A stretch of DNA of 64,000 bases from a bacterium. Its GTDB lineage: Bacteria; Patescibacteriota; UBA1384; VFKW01. The position numbers and the translations under genes are program-made. The stretch spans positions 177,165 through 241,164 of the forward strand of contig JAUSIS010000013.1 in assembly GCA_030647355.1 (NCBI GenBank), in the 5' to 3' direction. Positions 28,521 to 39,657 of this stretch are shown here, piece after piece; the first letter of the stretch is position 1; each line of letters opens with the position of its first letter. The notes below the pieces were generated by a model. The model saw nothing but the letters and a program-made list of their open reading frames with translations. It searched no databases and was not told the origin of the DNA.

Positions 28521-29230
28521 GAAAAACCTAATTCGTCCACCTTGCCCTGAGCCAACCGATAAGTCTCTAGCGTTCCAATATCCAACAAGAACTCTGTCAT
28601 TTTGTAACCATAAAGAGATTGATTATCTTCCAGTAATTTTGGGAATAAATCATGCCCAAAATCGAAAAATTTACCTTCTGGGATATATTTAATGACCTCC
28701 GATTCGCAAAGATAGATACCAGCATTCGCCCAGTTAGTCGTAATTTCTTCTGACTTAGGTTTTTCTTTAAATGATACTATTCTAGCATCTGAATCCATCT
28801 CAACAATTCCTTTACTTTCAGGATGCTCTTCGTAATATAAAGCTATAGTTACCAACCCACCTTTTTTCCGATGAAATTTGGCTAAATTATCTAGATTAAT
28901 GTTCGTTAAATTATCACCGTAGAAAACAAAAAAAGGTTGATCAAAAAATTCTGAAATTTTTTTGAGCGCGCCAGCAGTACCCATAAGCTCAGCCTCCTTA
29001 GAGTATTTTATTGTCATACCGAACTTTTTGCCATCACCAAAATACTCCATAATCATCTCTGGTAAGCAATATAAATTCATCGCACAATCTTTCACACCAA
29101 ATTTTTTCAATAAACGCAACTGATACTCAAGTAATGGCTTATTCCCAATTGGTAGCATTGGTTTAGGGATTTTATCAGTTAGAGGACGCAGTCTGGTTCC
29201 CAACCCAGCCGCTAATATCATGGCCTTCAC
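28517..29230 (-). CDS. hddC: D-glycero-alpha-D-manno-heptose 1-phosphate guanylyltransferase
   Basis: 237 aa. MKAMILAAGLGTRLRPLT...PKPMLPI sugar-1-P nucleotidyltransferase motif. Coupled to gmhB (TGA/ATG overlap). Confidence 0.7.
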   Translation of the reverse strand: MKAMILAAGLGTRLRPLTDKIPKPMLPIGNKPLLEYQLRLLKKFGVKDCAMNLYCLPEMIMEYFGDGKKFGMTIKYSKEAELMGTAGALKKISEFFDQPFFVFYGDNLTNINLDNLAKFHRKKGGLVTIALYYEEHPESKGIVEMDSDARIVSFKEKPKSEEITTNWANAGIYLCESEVIKYIPEGKFFDFGHDLFPKLLEDNQSLYGYKMTEFLLDIGTLETYRLAQGKVDELGFS

Positions 29231-30228
29231 TACTTCTCCTTGTATCCATTCGGATGCTTTTTATACCACTCCCAAGCAGTCTCAATAATTGTCTTCAAAT
29301 CCGAATATTGATTCTTGTACCCCAAGACATCTGACATCTTGCTCGAATCAGCTATTAATCGGGCAGGGTCACCCGGCCGTCTCCCTTCAACAATTACCTT
29401 GAATTCTTTACCCGATATCTTTTTTACCCATTCGATAATCTCTTTCACACTATAACCCTTCTTATTACCACAGTTAAAATAATCGGTACCGCAACCATTG
29501 TCTAAGTATTTCAAGGCAGCTACATGAATCCCGGCAAGATCGCTAACATGGATAAAATCTCTAATACCTGTACCATCTGGAGTTGGATAATCATCGCCGA
29601 ATATTTTAAAAGCCTCTCTCTTGCCTAAAGCAGTCAATATTGCCAGAGGAATCACATGCGTTTCTGGATCATGATTTTCCCCGATCTTACCATCGGGATC
29701 AGCCCCCGATGCACAAAAATAACGCAGCGACACCGACTTAATGCCATAAGCCCTGTCATAAGCCCCCAGAATCTGCTCAAACTGCCATTTAGTTAGCCCA
29801 TAAGGATTCGTCGGGCTTTTTGGATGATCTTCATTTGTGACCTCACTCTGCGGCTCTCCGTAGACAGAAGCGCTAGATGAAAAAACTATTCGCCTTACCC
29901 CATTGCCCCGCATCGCTTCCAATAGATTCATGCCACCAGTAATATTATTATCAAAATACTTGGCTGGATTTTCCACCGAATCAGGCACCGAAGCATACGC
30001 CGCAAAATGCACAACGCCGTCAATCTTATTTTCTGCAAATATTTGGTTCAACTGTTCTTTGTCCCGCAAGTCGCATTTGACTAACTTACCCCCGACTACA
30101 GCATTCTCGAATCCATTCTCCAAGCTATCAACTACCACCAATTCATAGCCCTGTTTCAGTAATTCTTTAACTGTATGCGACCCAATATACCCTGCCCCAC
30201 CGGTCACTAAAATACAATATTTTCCCAT
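29230..30228 (-). CDS. galE: UDP-glucose 4-epimerase
   Basis: 332 aa. ILVTGGAGYIGSH, catalytic YGxxK (YGLTK) and SSSASVYG. Confidence 0.85.
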   Translation of the reverse strand: MGKYCILVTGGAGYIGSHTVKELLKQGYELVVVDSLENGFENAVVGGKLVKCDLRDKEQLNQIFAENKIDGVVHFAAYASVPDSVENPAKYFDNNITGGMNLLEAMRGNGVRRIVFSSSASVYGEPQSEVTNEDHPKSPTNPYGLTKWQFEQILGAYDRAYGIKSVSLRYFCASGADPDGKIGENHDPETHVIPLAILTALGKREAFKIFGDDYPTPDGTGIRDFIHVSDLAGIHVAALKYLDNGCGTDYFNCGNKKGYSVKEIIEWVKKISGKEFKVIVEGRRPGDPARLIADSSKMSDVLGYKNQYSDLKTIIETAWEWYKKHPNGYKEK

Positions 30229-30363
30229 CGTTTCTCCTAAAATTCCCTCTAATATAACTCATCAATTACAATTTTACCAATCCTACGGTAATTTTACAAA
30301 TCAGTTAATAATCTTGTAATATTTAAACCATTTCGTATAATTTAGAGGACGTGAAAGGACAAT

Positions 30364-30834
30364 ATGAGCAAAAAAGAAATCAAATTCGCCCCTCGGGAAA
30401 TCTTCGAACAAATTCTAGAATGGAGCGTGATCCCGACTTTCGATCTAATCATCGAGTATGGAAATCAGGGTATCCTGCTAGTGAAACGGAAAAACGCGCC
30501 ATATAAAAATCAATGGGCATTACCTGGATTAAGGATGTTTAAGGGAGAAGAGATAGATGATGTCTTAGCCAGAATAGCTAAGAATGAGGTAGGTATACAA
30601 ATCGACCCTAAGCAAAAACATTTGATTAACCAATACGTTGGCAAATTTTCTACCGAATACAAGAGACAGGACATATCAACCGGTTATTCTATTAGAGTTG
30701 ACTCTGCGCAACCAATTAACCTTAATAAAGAACATTTTTTCCAATTCCGGATAATCACATCTCATCAACAAATTCCATCCCCAATGGGCGCGATGTATAG
30801 TCACTATCTCAAAGAGTATTTTTCAAATAGATAA
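30364..30834 (+). CDS. NUDIX hydrolase (possible GDP-sugar hydrolase)
   Basis: 156 aa. Degenerate Nudix box GEEIDDVLARIAKNEVG. Location inside the GDP-sugar block. Confidence 0.4.
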   Translation: MSKKEIKFAPREIFEQILEWSVIPTFDLIIEYGNQGILLVKRKNAPYKNQWALPGLRMFKGEEIDDVLARIAKNEVGIQIDPKQKHLINQYVGKFSTEYKRQDISTGYSIRVDSAQPINLNKEHFFQFRIITSHQQIPSPMGAMYSHYLKEYFSNR

Positions 30835-30843
30835 GGAAGTTAT

Positions 30844-31428
30844 ATGGAAATCCAGCGCCAAGAAGCAAAACCAAATTTTCAAGAGCTAAGTCCTGAAATT
30901 GAGACAAAATTAGGATTAAAGCTAGATCACCAGGATAATCGCCGTAAGATCTACATCATAACTGATCCAGAAAAATTTTTACTAGAAAGTGGGGATTTTG
31001 CAGGAATAGGATTTTCTTACTCCAAAATAAAAAAACTATTTGAAAAATATCCTAACGGATTAAAGCAAATGTTCATCATCGAGCCTTCCAACCAAGAGAT
31101 GCAATTAGGCGGACACTATCACACTCCACTCAAATCAGAAGGCACTGGCCAGGAAATCTTTTTATTTATTGACGTGCCAACCGAAACAACAATCAAAGCC
31201 GAGCAATATCAGCTTGACCAATCCAAAGGTTTAATAAGTTATCGCGTAAAAAGTGGCGATGAGATTACTAATGGCCCTTATCAACACCATACTTTCACTT
31301 GCAACGGGCCATTCACCATGATGCAATTAACGGAAGCCAAAACGTTCAAAGATGACGACCTACATCAGTTCTCTGCAGACGATTGGTCGCAAGAAACAGG
31401 GCGCCTAATACCTAAAACAGAAAAATAA
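30844..31428 (+). CDS. Cupin-like protein, FdtA/WxcM-like sugar ketoisomerase fold (tentative)
   Basis: 194 aa. GGHYH and YQHHTF resemble the RGxHAH...WHxxH metal-binding motifs of sugar 3,4-ketoisomerases. Confidence 0.3.
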   Translation: MEIQRQEAKPNFQELSPEIETKLGLKLDHQDNRRKIYIITDPEKFLLESGDFAGIGFSYSKIKKLFEKYPNGLKQMFIIEPSNQEMQLGGHYHTPLKSEGTGQEIFLFIDVPTETTIKAEQYQLDQSKGLISYRVKSGDEITNGPYQHHTFTCNGPFTMMQLTEAKTFKDDDLHQFSADDWSQETGRLIPKTEK

Positions 31429-31603
31429 GAATTTTTTATAGTCAGTAAAACGCAACCATTTGAAAATAATTATATCCTCTACTATTATCCAGAAGTTAAA
31501 ATACTCAGGGATAATATAAAAATAAGTATGAAAATACTCACAGCGGAAATCACTGGTCAAATTGAATAATTTATTATATATTGTTAATAATTGGAAGGTA
31601 GAA

Positions 31604-32440
31604 ATGAATAACGAAGAGCAAGAACATTTTTCAGATATACAGTTACAAGAAGATCCTGAAAAAAAAGACAATAATACCAAAGATAAGACACGGTTTTTCT
31701 CGCGACTTGCGGTTGAGGTCATGGGGTCATTAAGGCTCCATAAAAAAGAGGGGCTTTGGGACAGAAATGAAAAAAACCAAAGAGATTGGGGCAACGTCTC
31801 GGAGCATTGCCTAGTAGAAGTTGCTCGAACAAAAATACTATCTAGAGATCTGGGGCTAAGCGAAGACGAAACCAAAAAACTTACAATAGCCGCAGGTCTA
31901 CATGATTTTTTTAAAAAAGGTGAGAAATCATTTATGGGACAGAGCGGTTTGACCTGGGAGAGTACAGAACTATCCGAAGAAGAATCAAGAAGAATTATGA
32001 GAGAAAATGGATTTAGCGAGGAAATAATTGAACTTGCTCATTCAGTAGGTCATGGCTCATTGTCTAAAGTGGAAGAAATATTAAACAGACAAGATCTGAC
32101 TGAACATGAAATTGCTTTTTTAATAATGCATTATGTTGATGATTATACAATCGATAGTGAGTGGTGTAAGCCAGCTTATGATGAAAAAAACGATTTAGAT
32201 CGAAGGATAGAGAAAAATGAAACCAATCCTCGCTATCAAGTACTAAATCAAGACGGGGTTGGAAGATTTATGGAAAATGAAACAACTTTTCAAGCACAAC
32301 ACAGAATCGGAAAATTAGTGGAGTCAAGAATTGCTCAACTGATAGCAGATCGTTTACATGAGGAAATTAGGCCAACCGCCCTACCAACCCGTATTGATGA
32401 AGAAATTAAAAAAGAAATTGACAAAACCGAGCAAGGTTAA
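31604..32440 (+). CDS. HD-domain phosphohydrolase-like protein
   Basis: Start at MNNEEQ with GGAAGG RBS. H...HD signature (HCLVEVAR...AAGLHDFFK) and a second H-rich segment (AHSVGHG). Confidence 0.4.
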   Translation: MNNEEQEHFSDIQLQEDPEKKDNNTKDKTRFFSRLAVEVMGSLRLHKKEGLWDRNEKNQRDWGNVSEHCLVEVARTKILSRDLGLSEDETKKLTIAAGLHDFFKKGEKSFMGQSGLTWESTELSEEESRRIMRENGFSEEIIELAHSVGHGSLSKVEEILNRQDLTEHEIAFLIMHYVDDYTIDSEWCKPAYDEKNDLDRRIEKNETNPRYQVLNQDGVGRFMENETTFQAQHRIGKLVESRIAQLIADRLHEEIRPTALPTRIDEEIKKEIDKTEQG

Positions 32441-32501
32441 AAATTTATCAGTCTGATTTGTCACAATTTAAAGATATGTATAATAAAAAATTTGGAGATG
32501 T

Positions 32502-33566
32502 ATGAAAAAAGCATTAATCACAGGTATTACCGGTCAAGACGGCTCTTACTTAGCGGAACTACTGCTGGAAAAAGGATATGAAGTCCACGGTATAATACGA
32601 CGCTCATCAACTTTTAACACCTCAAGAATCGACCATCTCTATGCTGACCCTCACATCAATGGCGTAAAACTTTTCCTTCACTATGGCGACCTGTCAGATG
32701 CCAGCAATATCAGCCGATTACTTGCAAAAATAAAACCAGCAGAAATCTACCATCTTGGTTCCCAGAGCCACGTTCGCGTAAGTTTTGACATTCCGGAATA
32801 CACTGCCGACGTTTCAGGCATTGGCACCCTGCGTATCCTTGATGCCATTCGGGAAGCGGACATCAATACTAAATTTTATCAAGCCTCCTCTAGTGAAATG
32901 TTTGGCAAAGTCCAAGAGACTCCACAGAGAGAGACCACTCCATTCTACCCTCGTTCCCCTTATGGGTGTGCGAAGGTGTTTGCCTATTGGATTACCGTCA
33001 ACTATCGTGAAAGCTACAATCTTTTCGCCTGCAACGGAATACTATTCAATCATGAATCTCCCCGCCGCGGTGAAACCTTTGTGACTCGAAAAATAACTCG
33101 AGGACTAGCCCGCATTAAATTGGGTATTGATGAGAAGTTATATTTAGGTAACCTTGATGCTAAGCGCGACTGGGGTTATGCCAAAGACTACGTAGAAGCC
33201 ATGTGGCTAATGCTTCAGCAAGATCAACCGGACGATTATGTTGTCGCGACTAATGAAACTCATAGCGTCAGAGAGTTTGTAGAAGAAAGTTCCAAATATC
33301 TAAATTTTGAACTAGAATGGCAAGGCAAAGGAATAAATGAAATCGGCATTGATAAAACAACTGGCAAAACAATTATCAAAATCGATCCCAAATATTTTAG
33401 GCCATCAGAAGTAGATCTATTAATTGGTGATTATAGTAAAGCCAAAAAACATCTTAAATGGCAACCCAAAGTCACATTTAAAGAACTATCCAAAATAATG
33501 GCGGAAGCCGATCTAAAAAATGAAAGAAAAAACCATTTAACTAAAACTCGGGAGGCAGTTGCATGA
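32502..33566 (+). CDS. gmd: GDP-mannose 4,6-dehydratase
   Basis: 354 aa. [36 protein letters not shown] is the canonical Gmd N-terminus. Catalytic YxxxK. Confidence 0.93.
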   Translation: MKKALITGITGQDGSYLAELLLEKGYEVHGIIRRSSTFNTSRIDHLYADPHINGVKLFLHYGDLSDASNISRLLAKIKPAEIYHLGSQSHVRVSFDIPEYTADVSGIGTLRILDAIREADINTKFYQASSSEMFGKVQETPQRETTPFYPRSPYGCAKVFAYWITVNYRESYNLFACNGILFNHESPRRGETFVTRKITRGLARIKLGIDEKLYLGNLDAKRDWGYAKDYVEAMWLMLQQDQPDDYVVATNETHSVREFVEESSKYLNFELEWQGKGINEIGIDKTTGKTIIKIDPKYFRPSEVDLLIGDYSKAKKHLKWQPKVTFKELSKIMAEADLKNERKNHLTKTREAVA

Positions 33567-34498
33567 AAAAAAACTCAAAAATTTTTGTCGCCGGACATCA
33601 GGGTCTAGTAGGTTCGAATATCACCAAAAAGCTTCAGCAGCAAGGTTATACAAATTTAATATTAAAAACATTTTCCGAGCTAAACTTAATGGACTTTGAG
33701 GCGACCAAAAAGTTCTTCGAAACAGAAAAACCGGAATATACTTTTCTGGCCGCTGCAAAAGTCGGCGGGATCTTAGCCAACAAAGATTTCGGTGGAGACT
33801 TTATCTACAACAATTTATCAATTGAGATTAATGTTATTAAAAGTGCGCAACTAGCGAAAGTCACGAAGCTACTTTTCCTCGGAAGCAGCTGTATTTACCC
33901 AAGAGATTGCCCCCAACCAATTAAGGAAGAATATTTGATGACAGGCCCATTAGAAGAAACCAACAAACCCTATGCTGTAGCCAAAATAGCGGGCATTGTG
34001 ATGTGCCAAGCATTCAATAAGCAGTATGGTACCAATTTTATATCTGTAATGCCAACAAATCTTTACGGTCCTGATGATAATTTTGACTTAAAAAACTCCC
34101 ACGTTCTCCCAGCTTTAATCAGAAAAATGCATGAGGCAAAAGAAAGCAATTCGCCAACGGTAGAAATCTGGGGCACAGGCACACCAAAAAGAGAATTCCT
34201 CTTTGTCGAAGACCTTGCCGATGCTTGCGTTTATCTTATGAATAATTATGATGATCCTAGCATAATCAATATTGGGGTCGGCCAAGACCTTACCATTAAA
34301 GAATTAGCCCAAACAATTAAGGAAATTGTCGGTTTTAAGGGTCAGTTGGAATTCGACACATCAAAACCGGACGGCACGCCCAGAAAACTTTTGGATGTAT
34401 CAAAACTTAACTCAACTGGTTGGAAAGCGAAAACAGATCTAAAAGACGGGATCCAATTTTCTTACACCTGGTTCGTTGAACACTGGAAAGATAAATAA
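33563..34498 (+). CDS. fcl: GDP-L-fucose synthase (GDP-4-keto-6-deoxymannose 3,5-epimerase/4-reductase)
   Basis: 311 aa. [22 protein letters not shown] catalytic motif. 4-nt overlap with gmd. Confidence 0.9.
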   Translation: MKKNSKIFVAGHQGLVGSNITKKLQQQGYTNLILKTFSELNLMDFEATKKFFETEKPEYTFLAAAKVGGILANKDFGGDFIYNNLSIEINVIKSAQLAKVTKLLFLGSSCIYPRDCPQPIKEEYLMTGPLEETNKPYAVAKIAGIVMCQAFNKQYGTNFISVMPTNLYGPDDNFDLKNSHVLPALIRKMHEAKESNSPTVEIWGTGTPKREFLFVEDLADACVYLMNNYDDPSIINIGVGQDLTIKELAQTIKEIVGFKGQLEFDTSKPDGTPRKLLDVSKLNSTGWKAKTDLKDGIQFSYTWFVEHWKDK

Positions 34499-35573
34499 AA
34501 TTGAAGTAAAACCCTTTGAAAGAGATTTAATGCCTGAGCCACACAATAACATATTAAAAAAAGTAAAAATAGGATTACTATCCGAATTTCCGGCACCTAT
34601 AATTTATGGTGGGCTTGAAATGCAATGCGTTAGAACTTTTGGTGCACTACAACAAACAGGACTGGATGTATCTTTGGTAGATTACTATGTGCCTGAACAG
34701 AAAATTGATATTTTGCACATTTTTGGCAACCCCCCCAGTATGTATGAGATATGCGTATCTGCCTCCAAGACTAAAAAAATTGTTATCAGCACTGTGTTTG
34801 GCGGTGCTCAAATTTCTCGCCCTCTATCTTTTGGAATTAAAACTTTATCCAGCATGCTTGAGCTGGCAGGCCAAAAGATTGACCATACTAGAGTACGAGT
34901 TATGCTTGAGCTTGCAAGTCACATTATCAGTTTAAATGAGATAGAAAGAGATTTTATCATTGAACGGTATAATATTGATCCTAGGAAAATAACTATCATC
35001 GCCAACGGCATTGATGATTTTTACTTTAATGTCTCAGCTGAGCCGTTCATTAAGAAATATCAGATCCGGGACTACGTTCTTTTTACTGGAAATATCAATC
35101 CCAGAAAAAACCCGCTGAGGCTTGCACTGGCACTAAACAAGCTGAACGCTAAGGGGGTATTTATCGGCAAGACAGTCGCGACAGAACTGGCCTACGCCCA
35201 AGAGTTCGAGAAAGTGATTAACAGTTCTCTGAATTTATTATGGATTCAAGGGCTGTCAAACAAAGACCCTTTGCTGCCAAGCGCCTACAAAGCATCGGCG
35301 GTGTTTTGTTTGCCAAGTTTTGCTGAGGGACAGAGTTGCTCTGTCCTAGAGGCGATGGCATCCGCGAAGCCGGCCATTATGGCAGATAGGCCCTATGCGT
35401 ATCAAGACGGATTTGAACATTCATTGAAATGTGATCCTAGTAGTGTCGATAGTATCTCTGAAGCAATTAAAGAGGTTCTTAAGCATTCAGAAAAATACAG
35501 CTACCAACTGCCGGATAACTATAATTGGCATAATGTCGCCAACGCAATAATAGAGGTATATAAAAAATTATAA
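34476..35573 (+). CDS. Glycosyltransferase family 4 (GT-B)
   Basis: 365 aa. C-terminal EG..C.VLEAMA...P motif typical of GT4. Confidence 0.65.
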   Translation: MNTGKINKIEVKPFERDLMPEPHNNILKKVKIGLLSEFPAPIIYGGLEMQCVRTFGALQQTGLDVSLVDYYVPEQKIDILHIFGNPPSMYEICVSASKTKKIVISTVFGGAQISRPLSFGIKTLSSMLELAGQKIDHTRVRVMLELASHIISLNEIERDFIIERYNIDPRKITIIANGIDDFYFNVSAEPFIKKYQIRDYVLFTGNINPRKNPLRLALALNKLNAKGVFIGKTVATELAYAQEFEKVINSSLNLLWIQGLSNKDPLLPSAYKASAVFCLPSFAEGQSCSVLEAMASAKPAIMADRPYAYQDGFEHSLKCDPSSVDSISEAIKEVLKHSEKYSYQLPDNYNWHNVANAIIEVYKKL

Positions 35574-35624
35574 GAGTATGTATTAAGTTTAATCTAAATT
35601 ATTTAGTATTAAGGAGACCTCCGT

Positions 35625-36620
35625 ATGATAAAAACAGCCACAACATCAGATAAAAAATCTACTACAGTAATCTGCCCTGTATGCAAAAATAATACAAAGA
35701 AAGTCAGAACACTTGATCAAAAATTTATCTTAAAAGGACTTCAATATTATTATAATGAGTATTTCGATAACAAGATGACTAAAAATTTAAATATTCATGA
35801 CTATTCAATATATAGATGCAATTACTGTACGCTTGAATTTTCCTTGCCTCCAATAACGGGCAATAATGACTTTTATGAATGGGTAACAAGTCACCCAAAT
35901 TATTTTCATTCTAATCGATGGGAATGGCCAACTATTGTAGCCAATCTTGTAAAACAATCAAAGAAAAGAAAAATTAGAGTTCTTGAAGTTGGTTGTGGAT
36001 CAGGTATTTTTCTAAACATGATTAACGGCTTAAGAAATACTGATGTTATTGGCATTGATTCGACTCCTTCAGCAGTGGAAGAATGTCATAAAAAAGGATT
36101 AATGGTTTATCTCGAAACACTAGAATCTTTTTTATCTAAACCAAAACACAAAAACCAACGGTTTGATTATGTAATAGCCTTTCATACTTTGGAGCACATT
36201 GAACGGCCAAAAGAATGGGTTAGTATTATGACTCGCATCTTAAAGCCCAAAGGTACAATTATTCTAAGTACACCTTATTCGCCATTGAGTTTTGAAACCA
36301 AATGGTACGATCCCTTAAATTATCCCCCACACCATATGACACGTTGGAACCAAAGGGCCTATCACGAACTAGCTTCCCAACTCGGCCTAAAAGCGAATAT
36401 TGTGACTTCGCCTTCATCTTCTCTAATAGTCCGTACGCTAATAAGCCTCAATTTGAGTTGGAATAGTGCATCTGAGCCTATGTCTGTGCGGAAGACTTTT
36501 TTACAAGCTATTGTGCATCCGATTACCGTTGTTTGGGAAATCCAGAGACAGTTTAAAAGAGAGAAGGTAAATGGTCGACCAGCTGGCGATATAGCCCTTG
36601 TTCAAATCAACAAAAAATAA
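35625..36620 (+). CDS. Class I SAM-dependent methyltransferase with N-terminal Cys4 zinc ribbon
   Basis: 331 aa. CPVCKNN...CNYC ribbon. Motif I VLEVGCGSGIF. Confidence 0.7.
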   Translation: MIKTATTSDKKSTTVICPVCKNNTKKVRTLDQKFILKGLQYYYNEYFDNKMTKNLNIHDYSIYRCNYCTLEFSLPPITGNNDFYEWVTSHPNYFHSNRWEWPTIVANLVKQSKKRKIRVLEVGCGSGIFLNMINGLRNTDVIGIDSTPSAVEECHKKGLMVYLETLESFLSKPKHKNQRFDYVIAFHTLEHIERPKEWVSIMTRILKPKGTIILSTPYSPLSFETKWYDPLNYPPHHMTRWNQRAYHELASQLGLKANIVTSPSSSLIVRTLISLNLSWNSASEPMSVRKTFLQAIVHPITVVWEIQRQFKREKVNGRPAGDIALVQINKK

Positions 36621-36768
36621 ATAATCCATGCTGTTATAAAAATTGTTTTTAATCAAAATATGTTGAGGAGATAAACATAAACTTTATAATTAAAATTCTA
36701 ACGATGGGAATAATATTATTTTAATCAAGATTATTAAAGAAATACATTATAAGGTATTCGGTCATAAG

Positions 36769-38001
36769 ATGACAGCTGACATGAGTACTTTTTTGAGGTC
36801 ACTTTCGTGGTCATTATTCGGTACTGCAATAAGTGCTTTTCTTTTTTTTATAATTAATATACTAGCAGGAAGATTGCTGGGTCCTACCGAATACGGTAAG
36901 TATAATTTGGTCGCTACGATCTCAGGTGTTTTGGCAGTTTTTATTACACTTGGATTCGATACAACAGTGATAAAATTTGTCTCTTCTACTAAAAAAGAGG
37001 AAGACAAAAATTTTTTTCTATCGAACGCTCTGATAATAATATCGATTTCATCGATCGTAATATTATTATTGGTGGTTACTCTGTCGAGATTCTTAGCGAT
37101 TAAACTGAATACCGACAAGCTGCTCGTAATAATTGGTGCTCTTTATGCTATTATATTTACTTTTAAAACCTTTTTTGATTCTATTATCCGAGCTTTGCAT
37201 AAATTTAAAATTCAAGCATTCGTGAAATCCATCGAAGCATTGGTCGCGACCATATCATTTTTTGTTTTAATTATTGTTTTAGAACACAAAAGCTATGTCT
37301 TTTATGTGTGTGCTGTTTTTATTGCAGCCATAGTTCTTTTATTAATTTATTTTTATCAGATTAAAGCAAGATTTCGAAGATGGAGCGGTAAGCATTTTCA
37401 ATCTGCTAAACCATATGCGATGACTGTATTGGCCACTTCGTTAGCCACTATAGTGACGGTTACAATTGATAGATTTGCAATCAATATTGCATTAGGACCA
37501 AAAGTTTTAGGTATTTATAGTGCTTATCTTATTTCAACCACAATAATTGCGTCTCAAATATCTGCTGCAATTACAAATGTATTTTTCCCAACTATAAGCA
37601 AATCACCAGACAAAATTGGGTTGATGCGAAAGGTAGACAATTTATTAATATGGATAGGGTTCCCTTTTTTAATTATAATGTCATTATTATCAATTGCTAT
37701 TATATTTCTATTTGGAGTGAATTACCATTTAAATTTAATTTATGTATTTCTTTCTTCGTCTGTGGCCTTTTTACAGTTAGCTGCTGTTTTTTATGTAACC
37801 ATAGCTATGACTTCAGAAAAATTATTTGTTTTATACACAAAATTTGCTTATTTAAAATTAATAATAATATTGGTGGTATATTCAGCTTTGTTTGTGTTAA
37901 AGTTAATAAGCATATCAAGTGTTTTAGAAGTTTTAGCCATTGCTTCCATCTATGATATTTTTGTTACCAGATACATTATAGAAAATAAATCAGGAGATTA
38001 G
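36769..38001 (+). CDS. Wzx-like oligosaccharide flippase (MOP superfamily)
   Basis: 410 aa, about 12 TM helices. Adjacent to glycosyltransferases. Confidence 0.65.
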   Translation: MTADMSTFLRSLSWSLFGTAISAFLFFIINILAGRLLGPTEYGKYNLVATISGVLAVFITLGFDTTVIKFVSSTKKEEDKNFFLSNALIIISISSIVILLLVVTLSRFLAIKLNTDKLLVIIGALYAIIFTFKTFFDSIIRALHKFKIQAFVKSIEALVATISFFVLIIVLEHKSYVFYVCAVFIAAIVLLLIYFYQIKARFRRWSGKHFQSAKPYAMTVLATSLATIVTVTIDRFAINIALGPKVLGIYSAYLISTTIIASQISAAITNVFFPTISKSPDKIGLMRKVDNLLIWIGFPFLIIMSLLSIAIIFLFGVNYHLNLIYVFLSSSVAFLQLAAVFYVTIAMTSEKLFVLYTKFAYLKLIIILVVYSALFVLKLISISSVLEVLAIASIYDIFVTRYIIENKSGD

Positions 38002-38003
38002 TT

Positions 38004-38777
38004 ATGCCACAAAAACCTTTTATTACTATCCTAATTCCATCCTGGAACTCTGAATTATTCATCGAAAGAGGAGTACAATCTATTTTAAAAAATAGCTACG
38101 ACAATATTGAAGTCCTTATCATGGATAATAACTCTACCGATCGGGCAAGCAAAATTATTTCAGAATTAAAAGATGATAGAGTTGTCTTCTCCGCACAAAA
38201 AGACAAAAGCATGTATGAAGCATTGAACAGGGGCATTAAAGAGGCCAAAGGTGAGATAATCTGCTGGATTGGATCAGATGACAGATACGACAAAGACGCA
38301 TTAAAAATTATTGCGGATACCTTTAAAGAAAACCCAAGCATTAACTGGCTGGTCGGAGAAGGCAAATTTGTATTTGAAAATGAAAATAATAGAACAATTT
38401 ACCACCAATTGCCGCAAGAAATCACCCCCGGTATTATTATTAACGGAAACCCTTTGATAAGTCCAAGTGTAGCGTTTCGTAAGAACTTTTTTGAAAAAGC
38501 CAACTGCTTTGACGAAAACTATAAATACGCAGCTGATTATGATCTTTGGATAAAATTTGTTCTTATGCAAAATCCTTTCATAATTCGCTCATCATTATCA
38601 TTATTCTCACTTAATGGCGATAATATTAGTTCAAAAAATAAAATCGATATATATAAAGAAACAATCCGAATATTGAATAGTATCAAAACGGAAAAATACT
38701 TTACATCGATTTTCTTGAATAAAATAAGGATGAATCTATTTATTTATTATAATTATATTTGTAGCATGATAAAATGA
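38004..38777 (+). CDS. Glycosyltransferase family 2
   Basis: 257 aa. ITILIPSWNS, MDNNSTD and GSDD motifs of GT-A. Confidence 0.85.
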   Translation: MPQKPFITILIPSWNSELFIERGVQSILKNSYDNIEVLIMDNNSTDRASKIISELKDDRVVFSAQKDKSMYEALNRGIKEAKGEIICWIGSDDRYDKDALKIIADTFKENPSINWLVGEGKFVFENENNRTIYHQLPQEITPGIIINGNPLISPSVAFRKNFFEKANCFDENYKYAADYDLWIKFVLMQNPFIIRSSLSLFSLNGDNISSKNKIDIYKETIRILNSIKTEKYFTSIFLNKIRMNLFIYYNYICSMIK

Positions 38778-39646
38778 GTAACATGAAACAATACTATGTC
38801 TCAATTATCATCCCTTCATTTAATAAGGGAGATTTAATCCTAGGAACAATAGAGAGTGTTTATGCTAGCGACTTTCAAGGTCAGCTAGAAGTAATTATAA
38901 TAGATGATAATTCAACCGATCCAGAAACAATACATGCTTATCAAGTTATTCGCAAAAAATACCCCATGGTTATTATTAAAGAAAACGAACATAAACATCC
39001 TCATACTATCGGCCCAGGCTCAGCACGTAATCTTGGCCTAAAGATTTGCCACGGGCAATACGTTGTCTTCTTAGATAATGATGATCTGATTACACCTAAT
39101 TTTCTTTCCTCGGCCTTAGATACAATCATTTCAAAGCAGGGAATCAGCTTTGTCTATAGCGACATCATCACTTTCGGTTCACAAACAGGCCTAAGAATAA
39201 CCCCAGAATACTCTCTGGATCGTCTTAAAAAATATAACTACATTCCTGTCACTTCCTTATTCAAAAAACAACCTCTTGTAAATGTGGCCGGGTTTAGAAC
39301 CAATTTATTCTCAATGGAAGACTGGGATTTATTCATTAGACTTGGATTAAAGAGATGTTTCGGCCAAAAAATTCCCAAGGAGAAAGAAGCATATTTACTA
39401 TATCGCATTACTAAAGGTCAGGGCGTAAATCAGTCAGCCTCATCTCCTCGGAAACGCTTTGTAGTTAGAAATCAGATACTCAAAGCCAATAAACTTTATA
39501 CCCCAGTATCTATATTTTGGAATATTGCAGCAATAGTATATGCTTCATTATCAAGCTTCTCCCGAGTATCCGAATCACGCGCTTTCGACCTTATAAATCC
39601 AGCCTCAAAGACGAGAATAAATCAACTACTAAGTAAGGCGAAATAA
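38774..39646 (+). CDS. Glycosyltransferase family 2
   Basis: 290 aa. VSIIIPSFNKGDLI, IIDDNSTD, FLDNDD motifs. Confidence 0.85.
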   Translation: MSNMKQYYVSIIIPSFNKGDLILGTIESVYASDFQGQLEVIIIDDNSTDPETIHAYQVIRKKYPMVIIKENEHKHPHTIGPGSARNLGLKICHGQYVVFLDNDDLITPNFLSSALDTIISKQGISFVYSDIITFGSQTGLRITPEYSLDRLKKYNYIPVTSLFKKQPLVNVAGFRTNLFSMEDWDLFIRLGLKRCFGQKIPKEKEAYLLYRITKGQGVNQSASSPRKRFVVRNQILKANKLYTPVSIFWNIAAIVYASLSSFSRVSESRAFDLINPASKTRINQLLSKAK

Positions 39647-39657
39647 CATCGGAGATA

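Noticed and set aside
31405-31875. Minus-strand ORF 31405..31875
   Set aside because: It overlaps the better-supported HD-domain gene start region on the opposite strand and has a low-complexity, stop-poor AT-rich translation.
36762-37118. Minus-strand ORF 36762..37118
   Set aside because: Antisense to the Wzx flippase N-terminus, which has the expected TM pattern.
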